From a virus (taxonomy: Duplodnaviria; Caudoviricetes): a stretch of DNA of 64,000 nt. The stretch spans positions 1,718 through 65,717 of the IMG/VR virus record IMGVR_UViG_3300027668_000016; one strand, 5' to 3'. Positions 49,801-57,459 of this stretch are shown in pieces. The translations under genes were made by a program, and so were the position numbers. Position 1 is the stretch's first letter. Every line of letters begins with the position of its first letter. A model generated the notes under the pieces. The model was not told the origin of the DNA. It made no database searches and saw only the letters and a program-made list of their open reading frames with translations.

Positions 49801-51963
49801 TTACTGAAATAATTTGTTTAACGTTTTAGTTAATGGTATTAAGTTGGTTACGTTGATGGATTGAGATGATTTACCATACATCTTCTTAAAGCTTTCCATT
49901 CCATAAGATGCATCATAACTACCACCTGATATAAAGTAAGATAGAATCTTAACTCCAGCCATCTCCATTTTTTTAACCTGCTTTGATGTATGTGCTATTG
50001 CACCTTCACCACCATATTCCATATCACCATTACTAAACCCTGGGTAACCATCGGAGAAGTTAATGAAGTAAGAATCAACACCTTTAGAAGTTTTGATGAT
50101 ATCATCTAAGATAGCCTCAAAACACAAACCTTCCGGAGTAGTCCCAGAAGGATTAAGATATTTAAAAGTTTGTTGAATCTTATTAATTTTATCTTTTCGT
50201 GAATCGTAAGCGATTAACATTAATGGTTGAACTGATTGAGTAGAATTACCTTGAATACTTCTGTATGAAATAACTACATCTAAATTAGAAGTCATCGAAG
50301 CAGCCTTAGCGATTGCAACAGCAGCTGTTTGTGAATTAGTCCATTTGCTCCCACCCATTGATGAACTAGCATCAATTGATATATGAACAAGCGCTGGATT
50401 ATGTTTATCAATTATCATCTGGTCAAATATGTTTGTGTTACCCATACCTAACTCATGTAGTAACCGACCTGATATCTTACCGTTCTTCATACGAGGTGTA
50501 GTTAGTGAACGTTCTTCAGAACGAAGTTTCAACTTACGACCCAACATAGTACCAATCTGAATTCCTTTAGTTATTGATGGTTGGTTACGTTCACATGCCC
50601 AAGGGTAAGTACTTAACATACCAATTGTATCTGATTCAGCTAATGCTTTTGAAAAGTTTCTAACTACAACTACTGCAGTTTTTCTTGATTGTCTCCAATA
50701 ATGGTCTGAATTATAATCATTACCAACTATCTTTTCTTCAATACCCGCTTTAGATAATGTTTCTAATTTTTGTTGTTCTGTTTTTGAAACTTTCTTTTTA
50801 GTAATCTCACCATTTTGAAATTGTTTTTGTTTCTTAATAGCGTTTTCTAACATTCGTTTCTGGCGGTCTGTAAATTTACCATCACCACTAACTGCTTCTT
50901 CAGTAGCGATATCCACATTCCCACCATCACCACCAGCTCCATTGGGATTGTAAGCGGTTGAACTACTTTTAACTGCATCACCATCAGCATCACCTTTCGT
51001 TTCATCCTTTCCATCGGAATCTTGCTTTGATTCAGTATCACCATTTGATTCTGAATTATCAGTACCATCAGTTTCAGTAGAGTCACCTCCACCCCCACTA
51101 CCGCTACCTTCATCAGTTTCTCCATCCTTACTCTTTTCACCTTCATCATTTTCATCACCCTCTTCAGTTTGGGTTTGGTTAGGTAATGAATCTTCAACCA
51201 TTGTGAAAATCTCACAAGCTAATTCCATTACCTGTGTAGTGTTTTCTAATCTTTTGATATTTTTAAGGTCAATCATATCCCATACTTTCTGTAACATTGG
51301 TAGAGCCTCTAAATCACGATTCTCATTAATGAAATTACAGATACGGAACATATAAGATTCCCAATCATCAGTTCGGAATTCCGAAGATGTTAAACCTTTA
51401 TCAATAATCCGAGCGTTGAAGTACTTATCGTACATTGCGTGGTAGTAACCTTTATAACCAGGAGAAGTAGAATAGATATAGTAATCAATTCGTCTATCTT
51501 CAATAATATTGATTAAATCTTTAACAATACCTTGAACATACTGGCGAACCCGATTGTAACCCATCCCATGCTTTTCTCCTAAAGATTCCAAATAATCATA
51601 AGTGATATGTTTAGGATAATCGTTAGCTCTTAGGTTATCTAACGTAGTGAAATCAGTTAGTTTGATATGAGAACCCTCATGCAATGCCAACCCAACGGTT
51701 GAATCAAAATCTTTACCATCCATCTTAGCTGATATAGTAACAGTTTTACCATCTGTATAAGAATCACCACGCTCATCAAATTTAACCTTAATGTTATCAT
51801 TAGTTACAATGTTAACGAAGTTACCGATAGCTCTCTTATAAGAGGCAAGAGCCATTAGGTTTGAGGATTTTTTATCTTCTTTATCTATTAAATTAGAATC
51901 ATCATCTCCGAACAAATCATTTCCAATCCAATAATCAGAATGTTGGTGTGTGTCTTTTTTCAT
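49801..51963 (-). CDS. vWA (CobT-like) partner of the AAA+ ATPase with N-terminal HExxH domain
   Basis: ALHEGSH, NIIEDRRID, acidic linker, MIDAS DASSSM, GTTP, NFSDGYP; likely start MKKDTH at 51963. Confidence 0.88.
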   Translation of the reverse strand: MKKDTHQHSDYWIGNDLFGDDDSNLIDKEDKKSSNLMALASYKRAIGNFVNIVTNDNIKVKFDERGDSYTDGKTVTISAKMDGKDFDSTVGLALHEGSHIKLTDFTTLDNLRANDYPKHITYDYLESLGEKHGMGYNRVRQYVQGIVKDLINIIEDRRIDYYIYSTSPGYKGYYHAMYDKYFNARIIDKGLTSSEFRTDDWESYMFRICNFINENRDLEALPMLQKVWDMIDLKNIKRLENTTQVMELACEIFTMVEDSLPNQTQTEEGDENDEGEKSKDGETDEGSGSGGGGDSTETDGTDNSESNGDTESKQDSDGKDETKGDADGDAVKSSSTAYNPNGAGGDGGNVDIATEEAVSGDGKFTDRQKRMLENAIKKQKQFQNGEITKKKVSKTEQQKLETLSKAGIEEKIVGNDYNSDHYWRQSRKTAVVVVRNFSKALAESDTIGMLSTYPWACERNQPSITKGIQIGTMLGRKLKLRSEERSLTTPRMKNGKISGRLLHELGMGNTNIFDQMIIDKHNPALVHISIDASSSMGGSKWTNSQTAAVAIAKAASMTSNLDVVISYRSIQGNSTQSVQPLMLIAYDSRKDKINKIQQTFKYLNPSGTTPEGLCFEAILDDIIKTSKGVDSYFINFSDGYPGFSNGDMEYGGEGAIAHTSKQVKKMEMAGVKILSYFISGGSYDASYGMESFKKMYGKSSQSINVTNLIPLTKTLNKLFQ

Positions 51964-52002
51964 ATTTTTTAATTTTAAATTTCTATTAGATTCAATCATC
52001 TC

Positions 52003-52086
52003 CCTTTCTTATTACATAATAAAGATAGGTATTTTATATTTAATAACCTAACATTTTATGTTAATTTTTGTTAAAGTTATTAACAA
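52003..52086 (-). promoter_or_regulatory. Early promoter cassette (vWA gene)
   Basis: TTGTTAATAACTTTAACAAAAATTAACAT..TTAGG-N-TATCTTTATTATGTAATAAGAAAG. Confidence 0.7.
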
Positions 52087-52284
52087 TCAAAATAGGGATT
52101 TGATTAGTTTCTTATAATCTATGGATAGTAACCCTATCATAGATAACATAATTGAGGTCAATGTAAAGGCCATCTCATTCAACACCCCCGAAAAGGTGAT
52201 GTAATTAGAGAGCGTCCCACTCATTGTGTTTGTAGCGATTACGAATCCAGCTACTGATAATAAAATTGCTTGATAATTTTTCAT
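52087..52284 (-). CDS. Small two-TM membrane protein
   Basis: Two hydrophobic segments; own promoter cassette. Confidence 0.55.
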   Translation of the reverse strand: MKNYQAILLSVAGFVIATNTMSGTLSNYITFSGVLNEMAFTLTSIMLSMIGLLSIDYKKLIKSLF

Positions 52285-52302
52285 ATTGTATATCTCTTAA
52301 TG

Positions 52303-52367
52303 ATTACAATACTAAAGTACGAAAAAAGATTGGGATTACCAAACTTCCAATGTTAACAAATTGTTAA
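52303..52367 (-). promoter_or_regulatory. Early promoter cassette
   Basis: TTAACAATTTGTTAACATTGGAAGTTTGGTAAT-N-CGTACTTTAG. Confidence 0.75.
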
Positions 52368-52370
52368 GTT

Positions 52371-53339
52371 TTAATTTGATAAAGGGGCTTTAATTGATGG
52401 ATGGGATTTATATCCTAGTAGCTCAATATCAAATTTACCATTTAAAATATCTACATTAGATAATTTAATAGTAGGTAAATCAAAATTATTTCTTTTTATT
52501 TGCTCTTCTGCTTGTTCAATGTGATTAAGATATAGATGGGTATCACCTAAGTTACCAATCAACCTACCTGCGACCATATTAACTTCTTTTGCTAATAACT
52601 CCAATAACAAACCATAGGATGCTATGTTGAAAGGTAATCCTAAGAATGTATCTACTGAACGTTGATTCCACATTAGGGATAGTGTTCGTGTTGGTACATT
52701 GTACTCATTCATCTCTTGTTCAATAAAGTCGTGATGCATATATGAACCTCCATTATTACCAAACCAAGTAAATCTCTCACTCAGACTTAACTCTCTTGTA
52801 TAAACTTGAAATCCATAATGGCAGGGTGGTAAAGTCATATTATTTAACTTTCCAACGTTCCAAGCGTTGACCATTAATCGTCTTGAATCCGGATTTGTTT
52901 TAAGGTCGTTGATTAGGTTAGCGATTTGGTCGAACCCATTCCAATCTCTCCATTGCTTTCCATATATAGGGCCTAATTCACCCCAACTTTTTGCTCTTAA
53001 CGAATCGGTTTTGATAGTATCAATGAATTTCATCATTGATTCGGGATTTTGATTGTTTTTACAATATGCCTTATAAGCATCACCATTCCAAATGTTGCAA
53101 CCATTATCAACTAAGTACTTGATGTTTGTATCTCCTTTCAGAAACCAAATCAATTCAGTCATCATTGTTTTAAATGCAACCTTTTTAGTTGTTAACAAAG
53201 GAAACCCATCTGACATATTATGTGTTATCTGTCTTCCGAAAACGGATAGTGTGCCTGTTCCGGTTCTATCCATCTTATCTACTCCAATTTCTAAAATGTC
53301 TTCGAGTAATGTGTTATATTGATAATCTAAGTTATTCAT
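52371..53339 (-). CDS. thyA: Thymidylate synthase
   Basis: DRTGTGT, FPLLTTKK, GPIYGKQWR, SRR, LPPCHY, QRSVD..LGLPFNIASY, GDTHLYLNH. Confidence 0.97.
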   Translation of the reverse strand: MNNLDYQYNTLLEDILEIGVDKMDRTGTGTLSVFGRQITHNMSDGFPLLTTKKVAFKTMMTELIWFLKGDTNIKYLVDNGCNIWNGDAYKAYCKNNQNPESMMKFIDTIKTDSLRAKSWGELGPIYGKQWRDWNGFDQIANLINDLKTNPDSRRLMVNAWNVGKLNNMTLPPCHYGFQVYTRELSLSERFTWFGNNGGSYMHHDFIEQEMNEYNVPTRTLSLMWNQRSVDTFLGLPFNIASYGLLLELLAKEVNMVAGRLIGNLGDTHLYLNHIEQAEEQIKRNNFDLPTIKLSNVDILNGKFDIELLGYKSHPSIKAPLSN

Positions 53340-53521
53340 CTTTGTTTTGGTTTAGTATATCAGCATTCAACCACCAATGCGTTATTACTGCTATCTTCAT
53401 AAAATTCTTTTAGTCTATTTACTAACCATTGGTGGTTAGGGTGTTTCTTTGTAGCTAGTAATCTAAATGATATTTCATCAACTAACTTTTTAACATCCTC
53501 ATCTTTCATAGTACTCTTTAA

Positions 53522-53851
53522 TTATTTGGGGTTATTCTGTGGGTCATAAAATATATATTTGCACGTAATCTCATCACCTGCAATAATATCTTCTATTGTA
53601 TTTAATTCTAAATAGGGTTGTACATACTCATCTGATATAATCACATTTTCACAATTAGGAGTATCGCTGTGATTATAAAAACCACCTAATGGTAATCGTA
53701 ACCAATCATCCGTTGTAACGTTATACTTTACTCTAATGTGTGATACACCTATATGTGTACCTTTTGGGATATCTACTTTAGTGAATAACCCCACACCTTC
53801 AATCTTACTTTCTTTTATTGTTAAGTAATCTGGTAGTGGTTTGTAACTCAC
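53522..53851 (-). CDS. SET-domain lysine methyltransferase
   Basis: S.IEGVGLF...IPKG, NHSDTPNC, DIIAGDEIT..Y. Confidence 0.85.
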   Translation of the reverse strand: MSYKPLPDYLTIKESKIEGVGLFTKVDIPKGTHIGVSHIRVKYNVTTDDWLRLPLGGFYNHSDTPNCENVIISDEYVQPYLELNTIEDIIAGDEITCKYIFYDPQNNPK

Positions 53852-54015
53852 TTAGTTTTATTTAGTAGTTGTTTAAAAGCACTTTCAATTGATTCTAATT
53901 GGGTTAACTTAGGGTTATCCTGTCTTAGTACTTTACTTGCGTTAATTATTACTTCTCTGATACCATATGAATGAGCTTCCATAAGCACCTCTTCTATTTG
54001 TTCTTCTACTGTCAT
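53848..54015 (-). CDS. 55-aa hypothetical protein
   Basis: Hand translation MTVEEQIEEVLMEAHSYGIRE...; stop overlaps the SET gene start (GTGA). Confidence 0.55.
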   Translation of the reverse strand: MTVEEQIEEVLMEAHSYGIREVIINASKVLRQDNPKLTQLESIESAFKQLLNKTK

Positions 54016-54035
54016 AATCATTTACTAATTAAAAT

Positions 54036-54104
54036 TGGTGGGGGTGAGAAGGCTAGCTGTGTCTGGCAATGCCAATTTCTGCTTCAATCTCATCCGTACC
54101 CACC
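54036..54104 (-). ncRNA. Putative small hairpin RNA A
   Basis: GGTGGG..TGAGA pairs with TCTCA..CCCACC; 3' end CACCA; starts just after tRNA-Gly-like copy 1. Confidence 0.55.
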
Positions 54105-54108
54105 TTTG

Positions 54109-54180
54109 AGCGGGAGGTTGGAACTGCCCCAACTTCTTTGTACTGGAAGTACAACGAGTTTCTCTTAACTCTTCTCTCGC
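54109..54180 (-). tRNA. Atypical tRNA-Gly(UCC), copy 1
   Basis: GCGAGAG-AA-GAGT TAAGAGAA ACTC-G-TTGTA CTTCCAG TACAA-AGAA-GTTGG GGCAGTT CCAAC-CTCCCGC-T; full cloverleaf with non-canonical D and T loops. Confidence 0.85.
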
Positions 54181-54185
54181 ATTTG

Positions 54186-54257
54186 AGCGGAGGGTTGGAA
54201 TCGCACCAACACCTTCTATCTGGATGATAAATGTCTTACTACTAAGACTTCCCCCGC
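54186..54257 (-). tRNA. Atypical tRNA-Gly(UCC), copy 2
   Basis: GCGGGGG-AA-GTCT TAGTAGTA AGAC-A-TTTAT CATCCAG ATAGA-AGGT-GTTGG TGCGATT CCAAC-CCTCCGC-T; A33 and GUGC in place of GTTC. Confidence 0.82.
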
Positions 54258-54262
54258 AATAT

Positions 54263-54322
54263 AGAGAATGATAACCGGTAGCTTAAACTGAGCGGCCTTA
54301 TCTCAATCTTTAATCATTCTCC
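54263..54322 (-). ncRNA. Putative small hairpin RNA B
   Basis: 10-bp closing stem GGAGAATGAT/ATCATTCTCT; shares AGATTGA..CAG..AGCTA with RNA A; starts just after tRNA-Gly-like copy 3. Confidence 0.55.
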
Positions 54323-54326
54323 TTTG

Positions 54327-54398
54327 AGCGAAAGGTTGGAACTGCCCCAACTTCTCTATACTGGAAGTATAGCGGGTTTCTCTTAACCCCTCTCTCGC
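54327..54398 (-). tRNA. Atypical tRNA-Gly(UCC), copy 3
   Basis: GCGAGAG-AG-GGGT TAAGAGAA ACCC-G-CTATA CTTCCAG TATAG-AGAA-GTTGG GGCAGTT CCAAC-CTTTCGC-T. Confidence 0.85.
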
Positions 54399-54407
54399 AT
54401 TTATTAT

Positions 54408-54440
54408 GTAAATATACAAATAAAAATTGATATAACCTAA
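54408..54440 (-). promoter_or_regulatory. Bacteroidota-type promoter driving the tRNA-Gly-like operon
   Basis: TTAGG-N-TTTGTATATTTAC ending about 10 nt upstream of copy 3. Confidence 0.65.
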
Positions 54441-54719
54441 TTATATACCATAATATTTTATTGTACGTTTTTTAATAGCCGATATTATCGAATCATCTTT
54501 TTGTGCATTAATTGAGGTATCCCATAACTTCTTCATAAACATCATATGGTGTGGTTGGATATCAAATCCCATCTCACCATCAAATGTATTTAATGAGCCT
54601 GTAATAAGTGCGTTTACAATCTGAATATCTCCCGTATCTACTGTAGATTCTTTCGAATTTTCCATCAATTTCTTTAGATATACTATTTTATCGGTTATTT
54701 CTATACTTTCCCACATCAT
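54441..54719 (-). CDS. Hypothetical protein
   Basis: 92-aa ORF with TATATTTG a few nt upstream (nearly leaderless). Confidence 0.55.
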   Translation of the reverse strand: MMWESIEITDKIVYLKKLMENSKESTVDTGDIQIVNALITGSLNTFDGEMGFDIQPHHMMFMKKLWDTSINAQKDDSIISAIKKRTIKYYGI

Positions 54720-54784
54720 TTGAATACAAATATACGAAATTTAATTCATATATCCTAATTTATTTACTATTATTTTTACTATTG

Positions 54785-54856
54785 TAGCCCGTAAGAGAAT
54801 CGAACTCTTATTTTACGGATGAAAACCGTATATCCTAACCGTTAGATGAACGGGCC
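54785..54856 (-). tRNA. tRNA-Glu(UUC)
   Basis: GGCCCGT..ATCTAACGGTTAGGAT..TACGG TTTTCAT CCGTA..AAGAG TTCGATT CTCTT ACGGGCT A; canonical; CCA not encoded. Confidence 0.92.
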
Positions 54857-55061
54857 ATTGATTATTTTTTATTAAATCTATCTAAACATAGATGAATGTA
54901 CGTTATACTATCAGAAGAACCTATTAATACATCAGCTTTCCAATATTTTTTACAAATTTCATCTACATTGAGCTTTTTTAATGATACTAACTTAGGTACA
55001 TACACTTTATTCAATCCCATAACTACAAATATACACAATTAATTTGGGAATTACAAGCATT

Positions 55062-55379
55062 TTACTTCTTTTTTCTACCTATAATGATTGGAATTGTTAT
55101 TGATACTGAACCTAACGCTGTTGCGAGTATATCTTTTCCATCAAATTTACCACCACGACCCTTATCGTAGGCCTCCTTAGCGATTCCAGCTACAATACCT
55201 GTGCCGATTGAGATTAATACTCTATTTGATTCTTTAAGTTCGAACCGATTCAACCCTATATAGGTAGTTGATGTTATAAAACCACCTGCCACAAAGTGAG
55301 TTACCTTGTCTGATGGGATTGTTTGTGTCATACCCACCATTCCGATGAGTAATGCTACTGTTGTTAATACTTCTTTCAT
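55062..55379 (-). CDS. Exported membrane protein, YfiM/DUF2279-like
   Basis: Signal peptide, DKVTHF.AG, GIAKEAYD..F..KDILATALG. Confidence 0.7.
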   Translation of the reverse strand: MKEVLTTVALLIGMVGMTQTIPSDKVTHFVAGGFITSTTYIGLNRFELKESNRVLISIGTGIVAGIAKEAYDKGRGGKFDGKDILATALGSVSITIPIIIGRKKK

Positions 55380-55458
55380 ATAACTTTATTTTTTATTTAT
55401 AAACCATCTCCAATGTTCCGCTTTCCATAGGTTAGGGTTTTTAATGTCTTCGTTCATC

Positions 55459-55782
55459 TTAATGTATTGATGTTATAGTTCCACTCTTACTAATACCATT
55501 TAGATGGCCTTCACATTTCATAGTTAGTTTATACACATAGGTAGTATCAAATGGTAATCCATCCCAACCTTCGACAGGGTCGTTTGTCCAAAACACCAAC
55601 ACACCATCCCTATCAAATATTTGTAAGTCGTATTGATTTACACTAAGTGTATCATCAAACACAGGTTTCCAAATATCATTATGCCCATCCCCATTTGGTG
55701 TGAATGCATTTGGGATGTAAACATCTTGTGCGAATGATGTTGTTCCAACAAACATCGCTACTACTATTAATAACTTCTTCAT
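55459..55782 (-). CDS. Signal peptide + stand-alone T9SS type-B (gliding-motility-associated/CHU_C) C-terminal sorting domain
   Basis: MKKLLIVVAMFVGTTSFA|Q followed by YIPNAFTPNGDGHND.W.P, LQIFDRDG.LVF, GWDG, TYVY, KSG.IT. Confidence 0.85.
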   Translation of the reverse strand: MKKLLIVVAMFVGTTSFAQDVYIPNAFTPNGDGHNDIWKPVFDDTLSVNQYDLQIFDRDGVLVFWTNDPVEGWDGLPFDTTYVYKLTMKCEGHLNGISKSGTITSIH

Positions 55783-55888
55783 AACTTATAACTTTCTTTT
55801 TCGTTTCTATTGTATAACGCATCTAATAATTTATGTGCTACCTCTTCGGATATCTCATTCGAATTATACAAATTAAATATTAACTTTC

Positions 55889-56140
55889 TCATACGTTCCA
55901 TTTAAAATCCTCAACCCATATAGGATTATTCTCCATATAAGCACCAAATGTATTAAACTCTAAATACTCAGCGGCTTCATCCATATCCATACCATCTTTA
56001 ATCAGCAATTCGATACATTTGGTTCTTGAATACACCACCTTCCACATATTTGGTTCGAATCCAATGATACAATCATTAAACCCATCGGCGAACAGAATAT
56101 CATCTGAACTTCCGTAGTGTTCTATTATCTTCTCTCTCAT
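55889..56140 (-). CDS. Conserved phage hypothetical protein
   Basis: ADGFNDCIIG..VYS..KCIE.L..GM..DEA.EY.EFN..GAY pattern. Confidence 0.65.
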   Translation of the reverse strand: MREKIIEHYGSSDDILFADGFNDCIIGFEPNMWKVVYSRTKCIELLIKDGMDMDEAAEYLEFNTFGAYMENNPIWVEDFKWNV

Positions 56141-56325
56141 ATCAGTTCGGTTGTTGGTGGTTTAATAGAAAATCCTATTACAGGCCTATGACCACTCACA
56201 TCATTACATCTTTTTTGAATCAACTCCTTAGAGAATTGTAGTGTTTCGATATCCTCACTTTCGGATACCCATTCAACAAATAATTTTGTCAGTAACTTAC
56301 TCTTAATCGTTTTTAACATATTCAT
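56137..56325 (-). CDS. Hypothetical protein
   Basis: 62-aa ORF ending in a RPVIGF motif. Confidence 0.5.
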   Translation of the reverse strand: MNMLKTIKSKLLTKLFVEWVSESEDIETLQFSKELIQKRCNDVSGHRPVIGFSIKPPTTELI

Positions 56326-56335
56326 ATTTTAATTT

Positions 56336-56767
56336 TTAAGCTATTAATCTAAATGGTTCATTATTTTTTAGTTTGCTAACCACATTAGGCAACATACTCA
56401 TTCCCGTAGCAACACCACTAAGACGATTCATTGCAGAAATCTTATTTAAGACCGTCAGGTATATCTCTTTACTACCGTTGGGATAATCTGAAACTTCTCT
56501 TGTAAACAAATAAGTTATAGAAGGGTTTTCATACTGTTTTCTATACTTACTAATTAGTTGTTTAGTAGCTTTAACAATCATTAGATTGGATGGTGCCGAT
56601 GTAACAATAACTATTTGGTTAGTTTCGGGGTTAATCATATTATTACCATTTCTTGCCATTGATACAAACCCTGCATTTTTGAGTACGGGTTGAAATATTG
56701 TTTTGAATCGGAACTGTGCCTCTTCTCTATCTTTCGGTGGGTTACCACAATAGTTTAATGTTGCCAT
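56336..56767 (-). CDS. Hypothetical early protein
   Basis: 143-aa ORF directly behind a promoter cassette. Confidence 0.55.
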   Translation of the reverse strand: MATLNYCGNPPKDREEAQFRFKTIFQPVLKNAGFVSMARNGNNMINPETNQIVIVTSAPSNLMIVKATKQLISKYRKQYENPSITYLFTREVSDYPNGSKEIYLTVLNKISAMNRLSGVATGMSMLPNVVSKLKNNEPFRLIA

Positions 56768-56802
56768 AATGTTTAATTTTTAATGTTTAATTCTTAACTC
56801 TT

Positions 56803-56872
56803 TTACTATGTAAATATAATACTAATAATCTAGTCTACCAAATTTTAAATGTTAAAAAATGTTAAATTGTTA
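56803..56872 (-). promoter_or_regulatory. Early promoter cassette
   Basis: TAACAATTTAACATTTTTTAACATT..TTTGG-N-TATATTTACATAGTAA. Confidence 0.7.
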
Positions 56873-56900
56873 TAGTGAGTTATTACCCCCACCCACCCGA

Positions 56901-57089
56901 TTACGAATTCGTTAATTTGTGTGAAAAGGAAACTTGCGTTTCCTCTTTTGGATTAACTCTTAACGGAGTTACCGTATCCTTAAAATGCTTCTCTAATATT
57001 TCAACCGCTTCCTCAATGGCATCGTAATCTGTCATTGTAGTGTTAAACGCACTTACTAATTCTTCTGCTATATCTAATATTTGTTTCAT
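56901..57089 (-). CDS. Hypothetical protein
   Basis: 62-aa ORF. Confidence 0.5.
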   Translation of the reverse strand: MKQILDIAEELVSAFNTTMTDYDAIEEAVEILEKHFKDTVTPLRVNPKEETQVSFSHKLTNS

Positions 57090-57101
57090 ATCTCTGTCAA
57101 T

Positions 57102-57284
57102 TTATATTTCTTCTATTAACTCTAATATACTACTCACTGCTAACTGAACCTCATTCCGTTCGGATTCACCTGCATCTACCTCATCTACCGCTAACTGTAA
57201 ATAATCTAAACTTGCTTCTTTAAGGGATGGGTGGGCTAGTGACATATCAATAACGTATTGTTTTAAATCGTATAAGTTTTCCAT
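57102..57284 (-). CDS. Acidic hypothetical protein
   Basis: 60-aa ORF. Confidence 0.5.
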   Translation of the reverse strand: MENLYDLKQYVIDMSLAHPSLKEASLDYLQLAVDEVDAGESERNEVQLAVSSILELIEEI

Positions 57285-57459
57285 ATTGTTCGTATAATTT
57301 AATTATTAAAATTTTTTAATACATTTCGTCTTTCATATTGATACTTATAAACCACCATCTTTGTGGTTATCTTTAATTGCGTTTGCGAGGTAAAGAACAC
57401 CCCATACAAATAGAATAGCATTTGTGCATATTCCTAATAAAACCCATAGTTCACTCATC

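Noticed and set aside
48143-51963. Cobaltochelatase CobS/CobT for vitamin B12 synthesis
   Set aside because: No CobN or other cobalamin genes are present; phage homologues are generic MoxR/vWA pairs.
53971-54168. 65-aa plus-strand ORF
   Set aside because: It is antisense to the RNA cluster and to a small minus-strand ORF.
54109-54398. tRNA-Gly copies as decayed pseudogenes
   Set aside because: Stems are intact with compensatory substitutions, and identity bases are conserved in all three copies.
54036-54400. Repeated tttgagcg...gttggaa units as a CRISPR array
   Set aside because: The repeats are tRNA acceptor and T-arm sequences within full cloverleaves; spacing is irregular and there are no cas genes.
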